DNA of 64,000 bases from Prasinococcaceae sp. CCMP 1430 (lineage: Eukaryota > Plantae > Prasinodermophyta). The first letter of the stretch is position 1; every line of letters begins with the position of its first letter. The translations under genes were made by a program, and so were the position numbers. The notes beneath the pieces are model-generated. The model was given only the letters and a program-made list of their open reading frames with translations. It was not told the DNA's origin and ran no database searches. This document shows positions 54,861 to 64,000 of this stretch, piece after piece. The stretch is taken from contig RQSC01001125.1 of assembly GCA_013416795.1 (NCBI GenBank), positions 1 through 64,000 of the forward strand, written 5' to 3'.

Positions 54861-56324
54861 GCGAAGAAGAGGGGGGGGGGCTACACACGTACGTGGTCTA
54901 TGACAATGCAAAGAACGACCGAGAGCGCCGCTTCGAAGACGGACGCAGCCGTCCCAACGCGGCAGACGCCGGACAGCGCAGAGAAGAGAGCGATGATGAG
55001 GATCGCCGTGCACAGCACCGACACACACACGCGCCTGCCCCCACCCCCCCACCCCCTACCCCCAACACACGCAAGCAGGTGTGGACACGCTGCGACCTCC
55101 ATCGACTGCTGCTGTGCGAGTGGGGCGCAGGCGCGCGTCCACGACGGCTGCGCCCCCCTCCCTCCGCTCCTCCCCTCCCTCGCCGGAGGACGAGTGCGTG
55201 AGGTTTTGAGGTTTGTTTTTAAGGTATAGGGTTTCATAGGGTCTAAAAAATGCGTGCGCTGCCGCGCGGCGTCCTCCCAAAGACCTCGGCGGCGCTCCTC
55301 TTCCCCTCCCCCTGGCCGGCCCCCGCGGGGCGTCACGCGACGGCGAGGGCGACGGCGGCGAAGACGGCCGCTGCGGCGGCGAAGCACGACGCGGTGATGG
55401 CGGCGAAGGCGCCGGCGCGGCCCATGCCGAGGCGGCTGGCGGAGCAGCGCGAGCGCTCGCGCACGCACCAGCTCATCTTCATACTCGGCCTCCACCGCCG
55501 CGCGGCTTGGCTGAGCAACCGCGCGCATGGCGCACTGCTGGGTGCTTGCGCGACGACGCCCCGCCCCGCACTCGCCCTTGCCGGTGCTACGCAAGACAGC
55601 TCCCGCGCGCGCTCAAGCGCGCGCGGAAAGCGCAGCCGCCGCGGCACGCAGGCTCGCGCGCCGCGCCGCCAAAAAATCGCGCCACGTACGGCGAGCTGTC
55701 GGCAGGCTGCTCACGTCCTCCTGCGGCGACGCCTTCCGCGCGCTGAGTGGCGCCCTCCTCCACACACTCACACCCTTACCCCGCAACCTGCGGAGCAGCC
55801 CGCTCGCCTCCCCGCGCCTGACGGGACCGCGGCACCCGCCGTCGCCCGTGTGTGTGCGAAAGAAGCATATCCCCCTCCCCGGAGAGAGCCCTGCGGTCCG
55901 CTGCGGCCACGCAGAGGCCAGAGGGCGCCGCCGCCGCTGCCCTCCTCGCCGCCGTGGCCGGCGTCGCCAGCGCCCTCGCCGAGGACCTCACGCCACGTGC
56001 CCGCCACGTGGCATATCTTTTTTTTCTTTTTCGAGCCCCGCTTTTGACGTCGCTTAAATGTACCCACGGGAGACTCTGTGAATGTCAAAATGAATTGGAA
56101 AATTCGAAACTGTTTTTTTTTCGAACGCGAGCGTTCGATTCGCCTGCCAGCGAGGGACTGCAGGGGACGGGACGGCGGCGGTGCCACGCACAGGAGGGGC
56201 GGCGCTGCCGGCGCGAGGCGCGGCGCGGTGGGCGACGCCGCGGCGTCACGAGCGCCCGCACGTTACCGTCCGCGCGCGCGAGCCGGGAGCGAGCGCCGCG
56301 CACCCTGGGGCGCGCGAGAGGGGG

Positions 56325-58273
<1,949 letters not shown>

Positions 58274-58647
58274 NNNNNNNNNNNNNNNNNNNNNNNNNNN
58301 NNNNNNNNNNNNNNNNNNNNNNNNNNNNNNNNNNNNNNNNNNNNNNNNNNNNNNNNNNNNNNNNNNNNNNNNNNNNNNNNNNNNNNNNNNNNNNNNNNNN
58401 NNNNNNNNNNNNNNNNNNNNNNNNNNNNNNNNNNNNNNNNNNNNNNNNNNNNNNNNNNNNNNNNNNNNNNNNNNNNNNNNNNNNNNNNNNNNNNNNNNNN
58501 NNNNNNNNNNNNNNNNNNNNNNNNNNNNNNNNNNNNNNNNNNNNNNNNNNNNNNNNNNNNNNNNNNNNNNNNNNNNNNNNNNNNNNNNNNNNNNNNNNNN
58601 NNNNNNNNNNNNNNNNNNNNNNNNNNNNNNNNNNNNNNNNNNNNNNN
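58274..58647. other. Assembly gap (N run)
   Basis: Run of N. Confidence 1.
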
Positions 58648-58874
58648 AGCGGCACGGAGTCGGGCACCCGCGCGGACGGTGCGAGCGCGACGCACCTGAC
58701 GGGCCTGCGGCGCAGCGAGCTGGAGGCGTGGGCGGCTGGCGCGCTGCCGGAAGGCCTCGCGACGCCCGCGCGCGCACGTGCGCTCTGGCGAGCGCTGTAC
58801 GCTGCGTCGACCGACCCGGACGCCGTGTGGCCTGCCACGGCCGAGTCGCTCGTCGCGGCGGGCGTGGGCGGGAA
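58648..58874 (+). other. Isolated exon-like fragment resembling the N-terminus of RlmN-family radical-SAM RNA methyltransferases
   Basis: HLTGLRRSELEAWAA...P.RARALWRALY...W....ESL...G..K fits the remembered L.G....EL..W...P..A..LW..LY pattern; GTACGT donor at 58875. Confidence 0.5.
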
Positions 58875-58879
58875 GTACG

Positions 58880-59983
58880 TGGCGGCGGCGGCCGCTGGGA
58901 GCTCGCGGCCGAGCACGCGGCGGCGGCACGGCGCTGCCGGCGCCGCTCGCGGCGGCGGCGTGCCTGTTTTGCTTCACGCTCGGCGCCACGCTCAACACGA
59001 TGGATGCGCTGCCGTCGCTCGGCGCGGGCGCCGGGTTCGGGCCGCACGGGACGGCTGTCCGTGCACACGTGCGGCGAGCAGCGGCGGAGGTCAAGCGCAT
59101 CGGCGCGATTGATCCTGTGCCTGGTGGGGATGCACGCTCGGGCGGGCCGCGCGACGTGTTTGCAGCTGATTCCGCTGCAGCGAGCGGCGGCGGTGGTGCG
59201 AGTGGCGGGGACGCGCACTCGGGAGGGCTTCACGGCGTTCCGCTGCCCGCTGGCGCGCAGCAGTACCGCACTGCGAGCGCGGTGGGCGCCACGGGCAATA
59301 ATTACCTCAGCGTGTACCCCTTCCAGGTGTTGAGCTGGTCACCGCGAGCACTCTACTTTCCAGCCTTCGCCAACCACTCGTTGTGCGAGGAGATCATCAA
59401 GATGAGCGAGCGGCGGCTTGGCCCCTCGGCGCTAGCGCTGAAGCGCGGCCAGACCGCCAAGGGTACGGAGGACATACGCACGTCGAGCGGCACCTTCTTA
59501 TCGGCCAATAGGGATGGCACCGGTGCGCTCGCCTGGGTCGAGAGGAAGATTGCCGAGGTGACTGGCGTGCCGCCCTTTCACGGGGAAGCGTTCAACGTGT
59601 TGCGCTACACTGCAGGCCAGCACTACGACCAGCACTACGACACCTTCGATCCGGCTGAGTACGGCAAGCAAAGCTCGCAGCGCATGTACTCATTTCTACT
59701 GTACCTCAGCGACGGCGTGGAGGGCGGCGAGACCATTTTTCCGAAGAACGACGAAAACCTGCTGAGGAGCGTCGACTACAAAAGTTGCGACGTCGGCCTC
59801 AAAGTGAGCCCGCGCCGGGGCGATGCGCTGCTCTTCTACAACATCGCGGTGAACGGCACCTTCGACAAGGCCAGCCTGCATGGCGGTTGCCCGGTGAAGC
59901 AGGGGACCAAGTGGGTGGCGACGAAATGGGTACGCGACAACGCCCACGGCGAGCTTCGGGACGGGCCCTTCGACGCGTGGTAG
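58880..59983 (+). CDS. P4H: Prolyl 4-hydroxylase (plant/algal type II membrane, 2OG-Fe(II)); start codon unresolved
   Basis: FQVLSWSPRALYFPAF, IRTSSGTFL, GEAFNVLRYTAGQHYDQHYD (HxD), LYLSDGVEGGETIFP, SLHGGCPVKQGTKWVATKW; N-terminal TM ALPAPLAAAACLFCFTLG. Confidence 0.93.
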   Translation, partial: WRRRPLGARGRARGGGTALPAPLAAAACLFCFTLGATLNTMDALPSLGAGAGFGPHGTAVRAHVRRAAAEVKRIGAIDPVPGGDARSGGPRDVFAADSAAASGGGGASGGDAHSGGLHGVPLPAGAQQYRTASAVGATGNNYLSVYPFQVLSWSPRALYFPAFANHSLCEEIIKMSERRLGPSALALKRGQTAKGTEDIRTSSGTFLSANRDGTGALAWVERKIAEVTGVPPFHGEAFNVLRYTAGQHYDQHYDTFDPAEYGKQSSQRMYSFLLYLSDGVEGGETIFPKNDENLLRSVDYKSCDVGLKVSPRRGDALLFYNIAVNGTFDKASLHGGCPVKQGTKWVATKWVRDNAHGELRDGPFDAW

Positions 59984-60507
59984 AAGCCTACGCGTTACGC
60001 TGCTGAGCAGCCAGCGGTGTGCAGCGAGCTCGTTCCCCAGCGGCGATCACCGGCCCGCGATGGCGCCGGTCACCCTCCTTCTCGCATGTGAACCCTAATA
60101 AGGCAACCCATTGTCACCCCAAAACTCCCATTTGCTTTCGAGTCTCATTTCATCCAGTCAACTTGCATTGAACCCAAACGTCCCCAGCGACGCGTCGCGA
60201 GGTCAAAACGAAGGGTCGGGAACGCACACAGGGAAAATTCCATCAGAAACGCTGATCCGATCGCGCAATACTGCGGCCGGCGCCACAGCGCGCGCGCCGG
60301 GGCGACGGGCAGGCGGGCGGGGCGGTGTGGCGCGGCGCGGCCGGGGCGCTCGCCAGTGAGGCCCGCGAGTCGGGCGCGTNCGCGCGAGCGGGCGAGCGGG
60401 CGCGGCTGCGGGCTGGCGGCCGGCCGGCGGCGAGGCGGATAAGGCAGGCGAGGCGCATGGCGTGTGGGCGAGCGATGCGATCGATGCGTAAGCCCGAGTG
60501 AGCTGAC

Positions 60508-61809
60508 ATGACCCGCCCGCCCTCGCCGTGCCGCGGACGCCGACACCGACGACACCGCCGCTGGCGACGACGACGTTGTTGCTGCCGCACGCAATCGCAC
60601 ACGCGCCCCAATTCGTGGACGCAGATCACCATCGCCTTTGCCGCCGTCGGCATCATATACGTCGGTGCGCTGATCGCCAAGTTGTTCACCTACACTATCG
60701 CGTGGGTGCGCCCGGGCCGCAAGCTCCGCAAGTACGGCCAGTGGGCGGTCGTGACCGGAGCCACCGACGGTATCGGCAAGGGTGTGTGCACGCGCGTCCC
60801 CCCCCCCCCCCCCCCGACCCCACCCCCTGGGTGTGTTGTCTGCGCTCATGCTCTTCGCGTGCTCGCGACGCGCTGACGCTTCGTGTGCCGCAGCGTACTG
60901 CTATGAAATGGCTAAGCAGAAACTCGACGTCGTGGTGATGGGCCGCACCGAGTCCAAAGTGAAGGAGCTCTGCTCGGCGCTCGAAACCAAGTACGGCGTC
61001 AAGACGCTCGCGCTGGTTGAGGACTTCAGCGCGGCTGATCAGGCGATGTTCGACCGCGTCGCGGGAGCCCTCAAGGGCCTTGACGTGGGCGTGCTTATCA
61101 ACAACGTGGGCATGTCGTACCCCCACGCGAAATATTTCACGGAGTGCGTGCATCGCGCGGCGCCCGCCGTCCCCGAGTGACACACACACACGCACACACA
61201 CACACACACCAACACCCCGACACCACAACACCCGCCCCCACGCCCCCTCGCCGTGCGCGCGCATGCGATCTTGCGTGTCTGTGCTGACAGGATGCTCGCA
61301 GGGTGGACTCGAAGCTCATCGATGACCTGATTCGCATCAACATCTACACGACGACGCAGATGACCAAGACGGTGCTGCCCGGCATGGAGGCGCGCAGGCG
61401 CGGCGCGGTCGTCTTCATCGGGAGCGGGAGCGCGACTGTGCTGCCCACCGACCCGCTGTATGGTGTGTACGCTGGTGCCAAGGGCTACGTCGAGCAGTTC
61501 GCGCGCGCGCTCGCCGTCGAGTGCAAGCCGCGTGGGGTGGATGTGCAGTTGCAGGCGCCGCTCTTCGTTGCCACCAAAATGGCGAAGATCCGCAAGGGCT
61601 CGCTCACCGCGCCGGCGCCGGCGGTATACGCGCGCTGGGGCACGGGCGCCATCGGCTACGAGACCGTCACGACGCCCTACTGGGTGCACACCATCATGTG
61701 GGGCATCATCTCGCTCATGCCACTCAAGCTGTGGGACGCCATCCGCATGTCGCAGGTGCGCTCCATCCGCAAGAGGGCGCTCGCCAAGAAGGGCAAGAAG
61801 TCTTCCTAG
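60508..61809 (+). CDS. KCR1: Very-long-chain 3-oxoacyl-CoA reductase (KCR1/HSD17B12-type SDR); introns 60782-60893 and 61144-61301; start uncertain
   Basis: YGQWAVVTGATDGIGK|AYC, LDVGVLINNVGMSYPHAKYF, GSGS, YGVYAGAK (YxxxK), VQLQAPLFVATKMAKIR, TTPYWVH, RKRALAKK. Confidence 0.93.
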
Positions 61810-62241
61810 GCAGAGCGGGCGGAATGCCTGGGGCCTAGCGCGCATGCGGCGCGCCTTAGGGTGCTGTAGATGTCGTGCTTGCGAAAATGTCTTTAAAAAG
61901 TAACGTGCTGGCGTGCGTTGCGTGCGTCGTGCATTTCGTCGTGCATGGATGCATGCGCGCGAAGCGATGCGTGCACACCGTCGTTGGGTGTCATCGCGCG
62001 CATGGAGCCAACTGCATTGAGGAGGCAGGCACTGCTGTCCACATGATGGACGATAGGATCGATAGATGACATGGTAGTGACATAGTAGTGGCGTGTGAAG
62101 GTGAGATGTCAGTGGTAGAATCGGCATTCGTGGTGGTTCTCGGGCGGACACAGTGGGCATGACGCGCTGCCGGTGTGTGCGTCGGTGCACACGGCGTGGG
62201 CGTCGGCACGGCGGCGATCCGGACGATCGTTGGAGTCAGTG

Positions 62242-64000
62242 TCAGAAGAAGAAGCTGAAGGCGCTCATGTTCGGATCCAGGAACTGCGTCGAGCGCGCAG
62301 GTTGGTCAGGCGGGGTCGTCTTCGCCGCGGACGCCGCCTGTGCCATATCGGCAGCACGGCTGCGCGCTGATGAGTCGTCATGCAGGACGCCCCTGCTCGC
62401 CTCAAAGTGAAGCGATTTGGGCGCATCGAGCGCGTCAGGGTGAAGCAGGGGCAGCGGAAGAGGCGGGGGAGCTGGGCGAGTACGAGGAGAGATGTCCGTG
62501 TTGGCAGTCGGAGGCGTCGGTGTTGGCACAGGCGCGAGCGTGTGGCCATGATCGTCGTGCAAGCGTGGCTGCCGCGTCGTAGGCTGCTGCGGGCTCCTCA
62601 GGGCCGAGATGCGGTTGGGCACAGCAGGAGTTGACCTGCTGCTTGCGAGCGGCTGACGAGCCGATGCCGGGAGGCGTTGCTGCGAACATTCATTCAGGGC
62701 CCCTTGCCGCTGCTGCGCGAGAATGTCGCTGGCCATGCGGAAGGATGAGAATGGGCTGTGCCCAGCCCCAGCACCCGGTACCCCCGCCGACCCGCGTGGT
62801 GAGACGCGATCCCTTGCTGCAGACGAGAGGTCACGTGACGAGGACGAGGACTGCCTCTGTCGCAACGCTGCGAGGCGAGCAGCTTCTCCGGGGGGCGTGC
62901 CCGTATCGCTCGATTGCTGCCGTGTCTGCGGCTGCTGGATGAAGTGCTGCACCGACACCCCGTCTCCCCCAGCGAGGTCAACAGAATGAGCGCCCTCATC
63001 AAGGTGCTGCAGATCATACAAGAAGGATCCTACTGGTGAAGGCACTTGTTGGACTCTGCTGCTGGGAGTGACATCAGATGGTGGCGGGCGCGTCGTCGGC
63101 TCCAGCGGGTGTGGCTGCTGGTGCCGGTCATGTGCTGAAAGCCAAAAGCCACTGCCGCTCCCCCCGTGCACCGGTGCTTGTTTGGGTGGTGCTTCGTGGG
63201 TGGCCGATGGTGGTGCTGGCGCTGCGTCTGTTGCTGCACCCAGGCCACTGACACCAATCTGATGCCCCTGTTGATCAAACGCGGGCGTCGTCATCGCCGC
63301 CGCTGCCATGCCTCCGTGCGTTGCGGCCCCTACCGAGGCCCCCTGCCGCAAGGTGTCGAGAGCTGCGGGTGTCCTTTCACCAAGAGCGAATCCTGCGTGG
63401 GCGTCGCCACCGGCATTGTCTGAAGGGGTGTCGACGTCGTTTGTGAGAAGGGGCTGACGCCGTGGTGCCTTGCGCGAGCTACCGCCGGAGCTCGTGCCTA
63501 GTGTTCGTTTTGCAGCGGGTGCCTTGCTGGCGGTCTTGCGTTTGCCAGGTTCGCACTCGGCAAGCGACTTTCGCCAACGTGACCAGTCGTCGTCGTCCCA
63601 CATGAGACCCCTCTTGCTGCAGGAGCGTCGCCATCATGTGACGGTGATTTGAGTTTGCGTAGTGGAAAGCGGATCGAGTTTGAGATCGCGCGCGCGCTGA
63701 TTAGCTACTGCCAGTTCGAGCTCTACTCACAATGCTGGGATAAGTGCGCGCCGCATGGCTTTCCTTCCGCTGGTCCGCCGCGCTTGGCGCGCGCTGAGCG
63801 CATGCGTACCAGCACATGTGCTTGCATGTAGTGCGGTCTTTGCAACGGCACTTGCAAGGCGGACGCCCCTGCATCCCAGTTTTCTGCTTCTTCTTTTGAA
63901 GTTCCTGAGCCTGTTCCAGCCGCTGCTGCTGCTGCTGCTGCTGCTGCTGCGTCTGTGCATCAAGGTCCACCTGGAACTCGCTATCGGTTGTGCTAGGCGT
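62242..64000 (-). CDS. 3' end of a probable MER3/HFM1 meiotic DNA helicase: C-terminal Zn-binding motif plus a long disordered tail; intron 63617-63809; the gene continues beyond the window
   Basis: Splicing TG|GTACGC...CTGCAG|C gives CKCRCKDRTTCKHMCCKRG, matching the Mer3/HFM1 C-x3-CKD[KR]-x2-C-x-H-x-CCK-x-G motif. It joins in frame to the 62242-63603 ORF. Helicase core is not visible. Confidence 0.6.

Noticed and set aside
60380-60380. Single N upstream of KCR1 as a biological feature
   Set aside because: It is a scaffold join like 28107 and 50892 and may simply hide the true first exon.

Overview
Gene-dense, very GC-rich eukaryotic nuclear DNA with short spliceosomal introns (GTRCGC/GTGAG donors, mostly CAG acceptors). 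The gene content (NIN-like RWP-RK+PB1 factor, PRH/HAT3.1-type PHD protein, plant-type glutathione reductase, algal-type prolyl 4-hydroxylase, inner-arm dynein subunits) points to a green alga, plausibly a marine prasinophyte-grade lineage. That assignment is inference and cannot be fixed from this window. About 28 protein genes or gene fragments can be supported, mostly housekeeping. The assembly has three long N gaps and three single-N joins, at least two of which appear to hide missing sequence. The most unusual items are: (1) a small orphan membrane protein whose N-terminal/TM segment aligns without gaps to the animal Na+/K+-ATPase beta subunit, next to a PiT-family phosphate transporter fragment; (2) a ~2,050-aa secreted mosaic protein with two kinds of Cys-rich repeats, nuclease-type OB folds without a catalytic domain, and a Lys/Cys tail; (3) an eRF1 with TATNIKN in place of TASNIKS; (4) an alphaproteobacterial-type dephospho-CoA kinase carrying an intron; (5) two same-strand junctions where one gene runs into the next with no start codon; (6) a bounded island of microsatellite-filled introns; and (7) axonemal (IC140, Tctex1) and meiotic (MER3-like) genes. 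All family assignments are by eye from remembered motifs; no searches were run.
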